This document shows positions 35,469 through 44,490 of a DNA stretch of 64,000 bases, in pieces; positions within the stretch are counted from its first letter, which is position 1, and every line of letters starts with the position of its first letter. The stretch is from Clostridia bacterium. Lineage in GTDB: Bacteria > Bacillota > Clostridia > Christensenellales > CAG-138. The DNA lies in assembly GCA_045603585.1 (NCBI GenBank), contig JAZUMK010000027.1:17422-81421 (forward strand), written 5' to 3'. The notes beneath the pieces were generated by a model. It did not search any database. It had not been told where the DNA came from and saw only the letters and a program-made list of their open reading frames with translations. A program made the translations under genes and the position numbers.

Positions 35469-35616
35469 AAAAGCACGAAAGTGGAGCCGTTGAGATCGAT
35501 AATGAAACAATATGCAGTTATAGCGGGAGTGCACAATTTAACGTTTCCCCACACCTTTTAACGATTTATCCGTAGGGTGTGCATTTCGTATCAAAATAGT
35601 TCTCTACTTTCAAGCA

Positions 35617-35646
35617 AAAACGTCCTTATTCAGGGCGTTTTTTGTT
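35617..35646 (+). terminator. Rho-independent terminator after the lipoprotein gene
   Basis: AAACGTCC-ttattca-GGGCGTTT followed by TTTTGTT. Confidence 0.65.
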
Positions 35647-35661
35647 ATCTAAAGAACAGAT

Positions 35662-35690
35662 GAAAATCAGGCAGGGATTTTACCCTGCCT
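35662..35690 (-). terminator. Terminator hairpin after the TRIC-channel gene
   Basis: AGGCAGGG-atttta-CCCTGCCT. The minus strand has a short U-run (GATTTTC). Confidence 0.5.
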
Positions 35691-35699
35691 TTCTTAGTT

Positions 35700-36362
35700 T
35701 TACATGCTCTTGTCTTCGCTGAATTTTACTTTGGGAAGCTTCCAATGGTATCTCGCCGCCATAATCCTTATGGTCAGCACAAGACCGACCGATATAAAAG
35801 TGCCCAGAATATGCTGCCCCATGCAGACGCTCATCACATAGTACACGCTGCTGCCAAGCATGGAAGCAACGGCGTATATATGCTTAGTCAGAACGTAGGG
35901 CTTTTCATTTACCAGCACATCGCGAAGCACGCCGCCGCCTACGCCGGAAAGCATACCCGCAACGATGGAAAGCACTATATGCTCAGAAAAACCTGCTGCA
36001 GCCGCATTTTCCACGCCTGTAAGAGAAAACACCGCAAGACCCAGCGCATCAAAGAAGTTGTTTATGGTGTCTATGCGCTCCCTGAGGCCGGTAAATCGCT
36101 TTGAATTCACATATGCGATAATGAATACTATAAGGGAGGTCAAAAACGCCGCCAGCATGATCTCAACATTTGAAAAAATCAGGGGCGGAATATGTCCGAT
36201 GATAACATCCCTCATCATTCCGCCGCCTATGGCAGTAATGCATCCGACGGTCAATACGCCAAACAGATCCAATCCGCAGCTTATACCAACCAGCGAACCG
36301 GAAACCGCAAAGGCGATGGTTCCTATCCACTCCATTATTATAAGAATTATGTTGCTTATCAT
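35700..36362 (-). CDS. Trimeric intracellular cation channel (TRIC/UPF0126, YadS-like) family protein
   Basis: Two UPF0126 repeats (GTIAFAVSGS...AIGGGMMRDV and AVFSLTGV...GVGGGVLRDV). I prefer ATG 36362, which has GGAGG 9 nt upstream. The longest ORF starts at 36482. Confidence 0.85.
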   Translation of the reverse strand: MISNIILIIMEWIGTIAFAVSGSLVGISCGLDLFGVLTVGCITAIGGGMMRDVIIGHIPPLIFSNVEIMLAAFLTSLIVFIIAYVNSKRFTGLRERIDTINNFFDALGLAVFSLTGVENAAAAGFSEHIVLSIVAGMLSGVGGGVLRDVLVNEKPYVLTKHIYAVASMLGSSVYYVMSVCMGQHILGTFISVGLVLTIRIMAARYHWKLPKVKFSEDKSM

Positions 36363-36394
36363 ATTACGCTGTCCTCCAAAAATCAACAGCATGC

Positions 36395-36423
36395 AGTATA
36401 CCACAGATTTATTCCTGTAACAA
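36395..36423 (-). promoter_or_regulatory. Putative promoter for the TRIC gene (TTGTTA-N17-TGgTATACT)
   Basis: Minus strand -35 at 36423-36418 and extended -10 at 36403-36395. Confidence 0.5.
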
Positions 36424-36466
36424 TACGGCATCACATCTGCACAGCCCCTGTTTCTGCTTAATTCAT

Positions 36467-36492
36467 CAAAAAAGAGAGACATGTGTCCCTCT
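36467..36492 (-). terminator. Rho-independent terminator after rpe
   Basis: Minus strand AGAGGGAC-acat-GTCTCTCT (7 of 8 bp) followed by TTTTTTGATG. Confidence 0.6.
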
Positions 36493-36503
36493 TTTAAATA
36501 GAT

Positions 36504-37151
36504 TTATAGGTTCCTCAGGGTCTGCACAACTTCCATGGGGTTTGCTGCCTTGAACACGCTGCTGCCTGCCACGAGCACGTTTGCCCCGGCATCAACGCAC
36601 AGGCGGCCCGTTTCCAGGTTTATGCCGCCGTCTATCTCGATATCCGGATCAGCTCCCATCTCATGTGCCATTTCCTTAATGGCGCGAATCTTATGCACTA
36701 CGGATTGGATAAAGGACTGTCCGCCTGCGCCGGGATTTACGCTCATAAGCAGCACCATATCGCACTCGGGCAGTACATAACGCACAGCCTCTGCAGGGGT
36801 GGAAGGATTAAGCACTATTCCGCCCTTCATGCCTGCTGCGTGTATGCGCTGCAAAGTGCGGTGAGCGTGCCTGTCGGCTTCAATATGGAAGGTAAGAATA
36901 TCTGCGCCCGCATCTCTGAATTGGGTTATGCAGGTCTCGGGATGCTCCACCATAAGATGTACATCGATAGGCAGGGTTGTATGTTTGCGAAGGGCTCTGC
37001 ACATTTCATGGCCAAAGGTTATCTGAGGCACAAATGTACCGTCCATCACGTCAAAGTGGATATAATCCGCTCCCCATTTTTCGCAATCCTCTACCGCTTT
37101 GCCCATATTGGCAAAATCTGCCGCAAGAATAGACGGTGCAACCTTAATCAT
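36504..37151 (-). CDS. rpe: Ribulose-phosphate 3-epimerase
   Basis: 215 aa with MIKVAPSILAADF, HFDVMDG and DGGIN motifs. Confidence 0.95.
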   Translation of the reverse strand: MIKVAPSILAADFANMGKAVEDCEKWGADYIHFDVMDGTFVPQITFGHEMCRALRKHTTLPIDVHLMVEHPETCITQFRDAGADILTFHIEADRHAHRTLQRIHAAGMKGGIVLNPSTPAEAVRYVLPECDMVLLMSVNPGAGGQSFIQSVVHKIRAIKEMAHEMGADPDIEIDGGINLETGRLCVDAGANVLVAGSSVFKAANPMEVVQTLRNL

Positions 37152-38028
37152 ACCTGTGCCTCCTTTTTTCCTTCAGTTCTTCTACGAATTTGCAGTATCT
37201 TGAATATCGCTCAGGATGTATTTCGCTGCCTATCAGGGGCTTTACGCCGCAGTCAGGCTCTGTAATATGAACACACTCGGGAAAGCGGCATTCGCCAATA
37301 TGTTCCCGCATTTCGGGATAGTATTTGCAAAGATCCGCGGGCTCAAGCTCCGCCGTATCCAGAAGGCTGAATCCCGGAGTATCCAGCATTGCGCCGCCGC
37401 ACACCTGCCACAGCTGGGCGTGGCGTGTAGTATGGCGGCCTCTGTCTGTTTTTTCGGAAAGCTCGCCCACTGCAAGGCACAATTCCGGAGAAAGGGCGTT
37501 CATAAGCGAAGATTTGCCCACTGCGGACTGGCCTGCAAAGCAGCATATGTTGTCCTTTATCTCTTCTCTGAGGGCATCCATTCCCTCGCCCGTTTCTGCA
37601 GAAAGAGAAAGCACTGTATATCCGCATGGACCATATTGAGAAAGGACCGCTTCCCTTATCTCCTCATCCTGTTCATCGCACTTATTCAGTATAATTACGG
37701 GTATTATGCCTGCCATTTCGCACTGCACCAGCAGCTTATCCGTAAGGGATAAGTCAGGCTTTGGCAATGATGCTGCCATTACTATCATAAGCTTATCTAC
37801 ATTTGATACAGCAGGACGAACCAATATGTTTTTGCGAGGAAAGATCTCCAGAAGATATCCTTTGCCCTCCTCCACTACCTCAAAGGCAACCATATCCCCC
37901 GGCACCGGAGAAGTGCCAATCTTTCTGAACTTTCCTCTCGCCTTGCAGACAAACTCGCCCTCATCGGTAAGTACAGTATAAAAGCTTCCAATGCCTTTGA
38001 TTATTCTGCCGCTGTGCTCCATCATCAC
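37144..38028 (-). CDS. rsgA: Ribosome small-subunit-dependent GTPase A
   Basis: OB domain, circularly permuted GTPase (NKCD ... GQSAVGKSS) and a C-terminal zinc finger (CRFPECVHITEPDC). Confidence 0.92.
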   Translation of the reverse strand: MMMEHSGRIIKGIGSFYTVLTDEGEFVCKARGKFRKIGTSPVPGDMVAFEVVEEGKGYLLEIFPRKNILVRPAVSNVDKLMIVMAASLPKPDLSLTDKLLVQCEMAGIIPVIILNKCDEQDEEIREAVLSQYGPCGYTVLSLSAETGEGMDALREEIKDNICCFAGQSAVGKSSLMNALSPELCLAVGELSEKTDRGRHTTRHAQLWQVCGGAMLDTPGFSLLDTAELEPADLCKYYPEMREHIGECRFPECVHITEPDCGVKPLIGSEIHPERYSRYCKFVEELKEKRRHRYD

Positions 38029-39875
38029 CTCAGGATAAAGTTTACATTCATGCGCTTCGCTTCAGCGCCATTCACATATACAACACACTCATGCTGGCCG
38101 CCGATACGGACATTTGCGGTAAATGCCACAGGTATCTGAGTTCCGCTGTTTACCTTTCCTTCGTACAGCACAAGTTCAACGCCATTGTCCTGCACCACAG
38201 TTACCACCACAGAGGAATCGTCAGCTTCTATATCCAGATTTACCGCTATATCTGCGCAGTAGCTGCCGAGGTTCTTTCTGCTGACCCATATCTCAGCAAC
38301 AGTATCTTCTCCAACGCTCATATTTGCGGCAGGAGACTGCTGCTGAACAGCTTCTTCGGTCACTCCCTCCGCAGGTTCCACAAGATGCATCCAAACCCTC
38401 TTAACCATGCTCTCCTGCAGCATTTGCAGCGCAGTTGACGTATCCTTGCCAACTACAGATGGCATTTCAATCTGGGGTGCCTCGCTTCCGCTGATCCAAA
38501 CATCAACATACTCAAACTCGGATACGCGGCTGTCTGCTTCAGGCACATGGCGCACGATCTGTCCCGCCGGCAAATCCGATGTGGGGTCATAGCCAACGCT
38601 TCCCATGCTGAGATTTTCCTCTGCCAGCATAAGGGATGCCTCGGTTATGGTACTGCCTACCATATCTGGCACTATCGCATACCCGCTGCCTGAGCTCACC
38701 TCTACGGTAATGGTGTCCCCTTCCTTGCCGCGTGCTCCATTGAGGGGGCTCTGCTTTGTCACCTGGCCCGCAGGATATTCCGTACTTATCACATAATCCG
38801 ATACGGTAAGTGTAAATCCTCTGAGCTCTGCCAGGCTGCGGGCTTCATCAAGGGTTTTACCCTCGAGCGCAGGAACAAGAAAATCCTCTCCCTTTCCCCT
38901 GCCGTCCAGCAGATTTCCTATAACAGCAATACCCGTAACTATAAGGGCAAGGCTGACGATTGCTGCTGAAATCAGCACAATCGCCTTGCTGTGATTTTTT
39001 GTCTGAACAGGCTTACGCTTGGGCGCAAGCTTTGCAAAGCGGCCCCTGGGCTCCTTGAGGGCCCTGAGCAGATCCTTCTTCATATCATCTGCGCTGTGAT
39101 ATCTGTCCTCAGAATCCTTTGCCGCGCCCTTCATTACCACGTCGGACAAAGACTGGGGTATTTTTTGATTTATCTCCACAGGAGGTATCATTTCTTCCTG
39201 AAGATGCTTCAGCGCAACAGTAACGGTGTTTTCCCCGCCAAAGGGTACGGTTCCCGTCAGCATCTCATAAAGCATTACAGAGCAGGAGTAAATATCGCTT
39301 TCAGCGGTAACGTCATCGCCTCTGGCCTGTTCGGGAGAAATATAATGAACAGAGCCTATTACGTTTGTTCCCGCAAAGGTGCGGGTGGTGGAAGATGCGT
39401 CTCTTGCAATGCCAAAGTCCGTAAGCTTTACTGCTCCGGAGGAAATCATTACATTCTGGGGCTTAACATCCCTGTGAATTATGCCGTTTTCATGAGCATG
39501 CTTCAGCGCATCCAGCACCTGATTTACTATGGACACCGCATCCCTGGGAGAAAGGCATCCGCGAATTTTAATATGTTCTTTGAGGGTCATGCCCTCAACG
39601 TATTCCAGAACTATGTAGCTTACGCCGTTTTCATCCGTACCTGCATCGTACGATTGTACGATATTGGGATGGGACAGCGATATTACGGCGTTGGCCTCCC
39701 GCTCAAAGCGGCGCAGAAATTCCATGTCATCCTTATGCTCGTCCTTGAGCATCTTGATGGCAACCGCCATATTTGCCTTCTCGTCAAAGGCCTTATATAC
39801 ATTTGCCATGCCGCCGGAGCCTATAAGGCCATCCAGCCGATACCTTCCGGCAAAAAGTTCCTGATTCATGGTCAT
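38025..39875 (-). CDS. prkC: Ser/Thr protein kinase with PASTA domains (PrkC/Stk1)
   Basis: Hanks kinase domain (GSGGMANVYKA, HRDVKPQN, DFGIA), one TM helix, three PASTA repeats and a C-terminal Ig-like domain. Confidence 0.93.
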   Translation of the reverse strand: MTMNQELFAGRYRLDGLIGSGGMANVYKAFDEKANMAVAIKMLKDEHKDDMEFLRRFEREANAVISLSHPNIVQSYDAGTDENGVSYIVLEYVEGMTLKEHIKIRGCLSPRDAVSIVNQVLDALKHAHENGIIHRDVKPQNVMISSGAVKLTDFGIARDASSTTRTFAGTNVIGSVHYISPEQARGDDVTAESDIYSCSVMLYEMLTGTVPFGGENTVTVALKHLQEEMIPPVEINQKIPQSLSDVVMKGAAKDSEDRYHSADDMKKDLLRALKEPRGRFAKLAPKRKPVQTKNHSKAIVLISAAIVSLALIVTGIAVIGNLLDGRGKGEDFLVPALEGKTLDEARSLAELRGFTLTVSDYVISTEYPAGQVTKQSPLNGARGKEGDTITVEVSSGSGYAIVPDMVGSTITEASLMLAEENLSMGSVGYDPTSDLPAGQIVRHVPEADSRVSEFEYVDVWISGSEAPQIEMPSVVGKDTSTALQMLQESMVKRVWMHLVEPAEGVTEEAVQQQSPAANMSVGEDTVAEIWVSRKNLGSYCADIAVNLDIEADDSSVVVTVVQDNGVELVLYEGKVNSGTQIPVAFTANVRIGGQHECVVYVNGAEAKRMNVNFILR

Positions 39876-40588
39876 ACCTCGTTAAGTATCAACGCCACGC
39901 TGACATTGTCTGTGGAGCCGCCGTAAAGAGCCTCGCTTACCAGTCTTTCGCATGCATCCTTAAGCTCGGATTCCTCTGATAGTATTCGGGCGATATCCAT
40001 ATCTCCCAGCCCTGAAGTCAGCCCATCCGTACACAGCAGCAGAATATCGCCGGGCTGCCAGTCTCCGGCAAAAATATCCGCGGTTTCTTTGCCTGATGTT
40101 CCTATGGCGCGGGTTATGATATTGCGCTTGGGATGCACTGCTGCCTGAGCAGGGGTTATGTATCCCGAATCCACCAGCTCCTGAACATAGGAGTGATCTC
40201 GGCTAACCTGAGTGAGAGTGCCTTCGCTGTAATGATAAATGCGGCTGTCTCCGATATTGGCAGCAACATAGTGACTCATAAAGGGCATGGCAATAACAGC
40301 GGTGGTGCCCATTCCCCTGCATTCGCTGTTATTCAGCGATGCAGCATAAACTGCAGCGTTTGCCGCATCCACCGCCCGCTCAATCAGCTTTTCGGGAGAA
40401 GCCCCACCCTTTTTAATTTCTGATACCATTACTTCCACGGCCATTGCGCTGGCAGTATCCCCCGCCTTGTGGCCGCCCATTCCGTCAGCAACAACAGCCA
40501 AAGCCACCTCGCTGTGCATGGGTACAAACACAGTGTCCTCATTGTGCTGACGTTTTCCCTTTTCGCTCAGTGCAAAGTATTTCATCAA
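39872..40588 (-). CDS. stp: PP2C-family Ser/Thr phosphatase (Stp/PrpC)
   Basis: 238 aa with NEDT, VADGMGGH and TDGL motifs. It overlaps prkC by 4 nt. Confidence 0.92.
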   Translation of the reverse strand: MMKYFALSEKGKRQHNEDTVFVPMHSEVALAVVADGMGGHKAGDTASAMAVEVMVSEIKKGGASPEKLIERAVDAANAAVYAASLNNSECRGMGTTAVIAMPFMSHYVAANIGDSRIYHYSEGTLTQVSRDHSYVQELVDSGYITPAQAAVHPKRNIITRAIGTSGKETADIFAGDWQPGDILLLCTDGLTSGLGDMDIARILSEESELKDACERLVSEALYGGSTDNVSVALILNEV

Positions 40589-41637
40589 TTTTCCTCCGAC
40601 ATCCCCTGCAGAGTTTTTCGTCTGAGCTGACCGCAGGCGCCCTCTATATCCGAGCCCATCTCGCGGCGTACAGTGGCAGATATGCCGTATCCATCCAGCC
40701 AGGCCACAAACTGCTCCGCATCCTTACGGGTAACTCCCATAAGATTGCGCTCCTTAACATGATTAAGGGGAATAAGATTAACGTGGCAATTCATCCCCTT
40801 CAGCCTTGAGGCAAGCTCTTTTGCATCCTGCCGGGAGGAATTGACATCCTTTATAAGGGCGTATTCAAATATTACCCTGCGCCCCGTTTCCTCCGCATAA
40901 AGCTTTGCCGCATTCAGCAGCTCACCCATGGGATATCTGCGGTTTATGGGCATGATCTTATTGCGGGTTTCGTCATTTGGCGCATGCAGGGATACCGACA
41001 GCGTCACATGGGGCGCTTCCTTGGTAAAGCGCAGAAGCTCCGGCACCAGTCCACAGGTGGATATAGATATATTGCGGGGACTGATATTCATTCCCTCAGG
41101 GGCAGAAACCAGCCTGAGGAACTTAACCACCTCTTCGTAATTATCCAGAGGCTCTCCGCTGCCCATAAGGACTATATTGGTAACGGTGCGCTTTCTGTCC
41201 TCTCCATGGGGAACATCCTTCTCAGCGCAGGCAATAAAGCTGAGCATTTCGCCGGCCTCGATATTGCGAACACAGCCTTCCAAAGTGGATGCACAGAAAG
41301 CACAGCTCATCCTGCAGCCCACCTGAGTGGAAATGCACATGGTATTGCCGTAATGATAGCTCATCAATACGCCTTCCACGATGTTTCCATCCTCAAGGCG
41401 GAACAGGTATTTTATTGTGCCGTCCTTCTGGGATATACGCTTATCGTATATTTCTGCGCCGCCGTATTTCAGCTGACCCAGTTTTTCGCGAAGGCTCTTG
41501 GAAAGGTTTGTCATCTCCTCCGGCCTTGCCCCCTTGCTGAGCCACTCAAAAACCTGCCGGGCCCTGAATTTGGGCTCGCCCAGTTCTGCCATCAGCTCGG
41601 TCAGCTCCGCTATGGACATTGAAGTAAGTCCGCTCAT
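40585..41637 (-). CDS. rlmN: 23S rRNA/tRNA (adenine-C2)-methyltransferase RlmN
   Basis: Radical SAM motif CRMSCAFC, with FRARQVFEWL at the N-terminus. Confidence 0.95.
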   Translation of the reverse strand: MSGLTSMSIAELTELMAELGEPKFRARQVFEWLSKGARPEEMTNLSKSLREKLGQLKYGGAEIYDKRISQKDGTIKYLFRLEDGNIVEGVLMSYHYGNTMCISTQVGCRMSCAFCASTLEGCVRNIEAGEMLSFIACAEKDVPHGEDRKRTVTNIVLMGSGEPLDNYEEVVKFLRLVSAPEGMNISPRNISISTCGLVPELLRFTKEAPHVTLSVSLHAPNDETRNKIMPINRRYPMGELLNAAKLYAEETGRRVIFEYALIKDVNSSRQDAKELASRLKGMNCHVNLIPLNHVKERNLMGVTRKDAEQFVAWLDGYGISATVRREMGSDIEGACGQLRRKTLQGMSEEN

Positions 41638-41643
41638 GTGTTA

Positions 41644-42951
41644 TCAGGCTCTCCTTACAAGCTTTGCAATGAAAAATCCTTCTGTGCCGTCCATATGCGG
41701 GAACAGCTGAAGCATACATCCGCCTTCAGCCCTGCGCCACATAACCTTGGGTATTACGGTTTCAAGGCTGCCGGGTTCATATTCGGGATGTCGTTCCAAA
41801 AATGCGTTTATCTGCCGTTGATTTTCCCGCTCTGATATGGTGCAGGTGGCATAAAGCAGCACGCCCCCCGCCTTTACATATCCTGCACAGGCATCAAGTA
41901 TGCGTTCCTGCACGGCAGCAATATTTTCGATTATTTGGTCATTTTTTGCATAACGGGCATCCGGCTTGCCGGGTACGCCCAAACCTGAGCAGGGTGCATC
42001 TATCAGCACTCTGTCATACATATTCTCAAATTCAGGATAATGCACCGAAGCATCCTTTACCTGAACATTGCCCTTTACACCAAGCCGTTCAAAGGTGCGC
42101 CTCATAAGCTCAGCCCTGTGGGGATGAAGCTCCCATGCATCAATTTCTGCGTTATTATGAGTAATATGGGCAATATAGGCGCTCTTTCCTCCGGGAGCGG
42201 CGCATGTATCCAGCACCTTCATCCCAATTTGAGGCTCTAAGGCTCTGCAAACAAGCATTGCGCTTTCGCTCTGTACGGTTACCTTGCCCTCTGAAAAAAG
42301 CGGCTCCTTGCTTACGTCCATACCCTTTGCAAGCCGAAATGCATCCGGGCAAAGCTGTCCGCGGGTATATTCCGCCTTGCGCTCTTCGAGTTCTTTTTCA
42401 AGAAGCTCTGAGGTATAAGGATGCTGAGCCCTTACGGTCATTTCTCTGCCCTCCGCAGCAGAAAGCATGGCCTCGGTAAAGGCCTCGCCATACAGGGAAA
42501 GATACTCTTTCACCATATATTCGGGATAGCTGTATTGAACAGAAAACCTCTGAAGGGGATTCGTCGGCAGCGGAGGCAATGTATCCTTATTGCGGCACAC
42601 ATTGCGCATAACGCCGTTTACAAAGCCGGACAATGCACCCTTGCCAATCTCTTTTGTCAGCTTTACGCTTTCATTGCAGGCAGCGCTGTCCGGAACATCC
42701 ATATACAGCGTCTGGCAAACGCCCAAGCGAAGTATGCCACGTATTTCAGACTTGAGCCTGCCCTTTGCATAGGCGGCTATAACATGGTCGATATACAGCA
42801 GATGATCAAGGGTGGTATATACCGCCGCACTGATCCACTTGGCATCCCTTTCTTCCATGCCGCTAAGAGCTGACTTGAGAGCAAGGTTTGCATAAGCACC
42901 CTTGTCAGTTATTTCCATTAAGGTTTCAAGGGCTTTTCTTCTGACGGTCAT
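41644..42951 (-). CDS. rsmB: 16S rRNA (cytosine967-C5)-methyltransferase RsmB
   Basis: NusB-like N-terminal domain and a SAM methyltransferase (DTCAAPGGKS, DAPCSGLG, YATCT). Confidence 0.92.
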   Translation of the reverse strand: MTVRRKALETLMEITDKGAYANLALKSALSGMEERDAKWISAAVYTTLDHLLYIDHVIAAYAKGRLKSEIRGILRLGVCQTLYMDVPDSAACNESVKLTKEIGKGALSGFVNGVMRNVCRNKDTLPPLPTNPLQRFSVQYSYPEYMVKEYLSLYGEAFTEAMLSAAEGREMTVRAQHPYTSELLEKELEERKAEYTRGQLCPDAFRLAKGMDVSKEPLFSEGKVTVQSESAMLVCRALEPQIGMKVLDTCAAPGGKSAYIAHITHNNAEIDAWELHPHRAELMRRTFERLGVKGNVQVKDASVHYPEFENMYDRVLIDAPCSGLGVPGKPDARYAKNDQIIENIAAVQERILDACAGYVKAGGVLLYATCTISERENQRQINAFLERHPEYEPGSLETVIPKVMWRRAEGGCMLQLFPHMDGTEGFFIAKLVRRA

Positions 42952-43877
42952 TGGCCAAATACCTTTCCTTCAAGGGGATGACCCAATACCGCCGCCTTTG
43001 CGCTCATGCGCTTTGCGCCGGCAAACTGCAGCTCAGTAATTTCGATCAATTCGTCAGCTGTCTGTACAAAAACGCCCTTCTTTGGATCCGCAGCTACGCA
43101 CAGACCGGGGGTACCGCTGCACTTTTCGCCGGTTTTGCGGGTTTCCCATATTTTTACATCCCCGCCGTCCACAGAGGTAAAGGCAACAGGCCACGGATTC
43201 ATACCCCTGACCTTATCGTGTATCTGCTGGGCTGTCATGGAGAAATCCAGCCTGCCCATTTCTTTTTTTATCATGCCGCATCTGGTGGCGGCATCGTGAT
43301 CCTGAGGAACGGGAGTAAGTGTTCCGTTCAGAAGAGCCTGTATGGTTTCATCCAGCAATTCTGCGCCCATTACCGCAAGCCTGTCAAAAAGCTCTCCTGC
43401 CGTTTCGTTTTCGCCTATTTCTGTTTCCCGCTTAAGCAATATATCGCCGGTATCCAGGCCCACATCGGTAAGCATGGTGGTCACGCCGGTAACCTTATCG
43501 CCGTTGATAATGCTCCACTGTATAGGCGCCGCACCCCTGAGCCTGGGCAGCAGGCTTCCGTGAACGTTTATGCAGCCGTATTTGGGTATGGCAAGATTCT
43601 CTGCAGAAAGTATCTGGCCAAATGCTGCGGTAACCATAAGCTCGGGTGCAAACGTCTTCAGCGCGGCCACCCCTTCTTCGCAGCGTATCTTTTCAAACTG
43701 ATATACCGGAATATCGTACTTTTGAGCCAAAACCTTTGTGGGAGGCGGGGTCAGTTCGCCTTTGCGTCCCTTTGGTCTGTCGGGGTTGGTAAACAGTGCA
43801 AGCTCATGACCTTTATCAATAAGCATCTGAAAGGAAGGTACGGCAAAATCCGGAGTGCCAAGGAAAGCTATACGCAT
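42948..43877 (-). CDS. fmt: Methionyl-tRNA formyltransferase
   Basis: MRIAFLGTPDFAVP, NVHGSLLPRLRGAAPIQ. Confidence 0.95.
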   Translation of the reverse strand: MRIAFLGTPDFAVPSFQMLIDKGHELALFTNPDRPKGRKGELTPPPTKVLAQKYDIPVYQFEKIRCEEGVAALKTFAPELMVTAAFGQILSAENLAIPKYGCINVHGSLLPRLRGAAPIQWSIINGDKVTGVTTMLTDVGLDTGDILLKRETEIGENETAGELFDRLAVMGAELLDETIQALLNGTLTPVPQDHDAATRCGMIKKEMGRLDFSMTAQQIHDKVRGMNPWPVAFTSVDGGDVKIWETRKTGEKCSGTPGLCVAADPKKGVFVQTADELIEITELQFAGAKRMSAKAAVLGHPLEGKVFGQ

Positions 43878-44389
43878 TATTCCTCTTCCTCCTCGCCTTC
43901 CATATCATCATACTCTTCCTCTTCCATCTCCTCGGTATATCCCTCGGGAGGCTCGGTAACGAGACGGCCGTAAACAAGCCCGTCAAGATGGTCGTTTTCA
44001 TGGAGCATGGCGCGTGCAAACAGCCCCTCCCCCTCGTATTCATAAAGCTCGCCGTGTCTGTCGTAAGCACGCATCTTTACATAGTTGGGGCGCACCACAT
44101 AGCCGCTTTTGCCCGGGAAGGAAAGGCAGCCCTCAAAGCAGCCCTGTTCGCCGGAGGTTTCAATCAGCTCAGGGTTTATCATTTCAACAAGGCCCTCACC
44201 GCAGTCAATCACGAATGCGCGGCGAAGTATGCCTATCTGGGGAGCAGCAAGGCCAACGCCCTCCGCCTGGTACATGGTATCTGCCATATCGTCAAGCAGC
44301 TCCCAGAGCTTACGGTCAAACTTTTCTACCGGGCGGCACTTTTTATAAAGGCAGGCCGCATCTTCCCTGAATATCTGTCTCTTTGCCAT
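43877..44389 (-). CDS. def: Peptide deformylase (with an acidic Glu-rich C-terminal tail)
   Basis: GVGLAAPQIG, EGCLSFPG and HENDHLDG metal-binding motifs. The C-terminus is EEMEEEEYDDMEGEEEEE. Confidence 0.95.
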   Translation of the reverse strand: MAKRQIFREDAACLYKKCRPVEKFDRKLWELLDDMADTMYQAEGVGLAAPQIGILRRAFVIDCGEGLVEMINPELIETSGEQGCFEGCLSFPGKSGYVVRPNYVKMRAYDRHGELYEYEGEGLFARAMLHENDHLDGLVYGRLVTEPPEGYTEEMEEEEYDDMEGEEEEE

Positions 44390-44424
44390 ATTTTTATCCC
44401 ATTCCTCCGAGAGTTTATCAATTT

Positions 44425-44454
44425 ATTATATCAATCCGCCGCCCTTTAAGGCAA
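44425..44454 (-). promoter_or_regulatory. Putative internal promoter upstream of def (TTGCCT-N18-TGaTATAAT)
   Basis: Minus strand -35 at 44454-44449 and extended -10 at 44433-44425. Confidence 0.45.
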
Positions 44455-44471
44455 GCAATATCTGAATCATT

Positions 44472-44489
44472 TTCGTACGCTCGTACGAT
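44472..44489. repeat. 18-nt palindromic element TTCGTACGCTCGTACGAT (copy 2 of 2)
   Basis: Identical to 25311-25328. It begins one nt after the priA stop codon and lies 18 nt upstream of the putative def -35. Confidence 0.8.
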
Positions 44490-44490
44490 A

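Noticed and set aside
35465-35575. 36-codon ORF (MKKHESGAVEIDNETICSYSGSAQFNVSPHLLTIYP) overlapping the lipoprotein stop as ATGA
   Set aside because: It has no convincing SD, is not hydrophobic or Cys-patterned like known small peptides or RiPP precursors, and has no maturation genes nearby. It is below any length at which I could support it.
39645-39665. TCGTACGATTGTACGAT inside prkC, resembling half-sites of the 18-nt palindromic element
   Set aside because: It is not identical to the element and lies within coding sequence, where it simply encodes ...NIVQSYDAG... on the minus strand. This is most likely coincidence.
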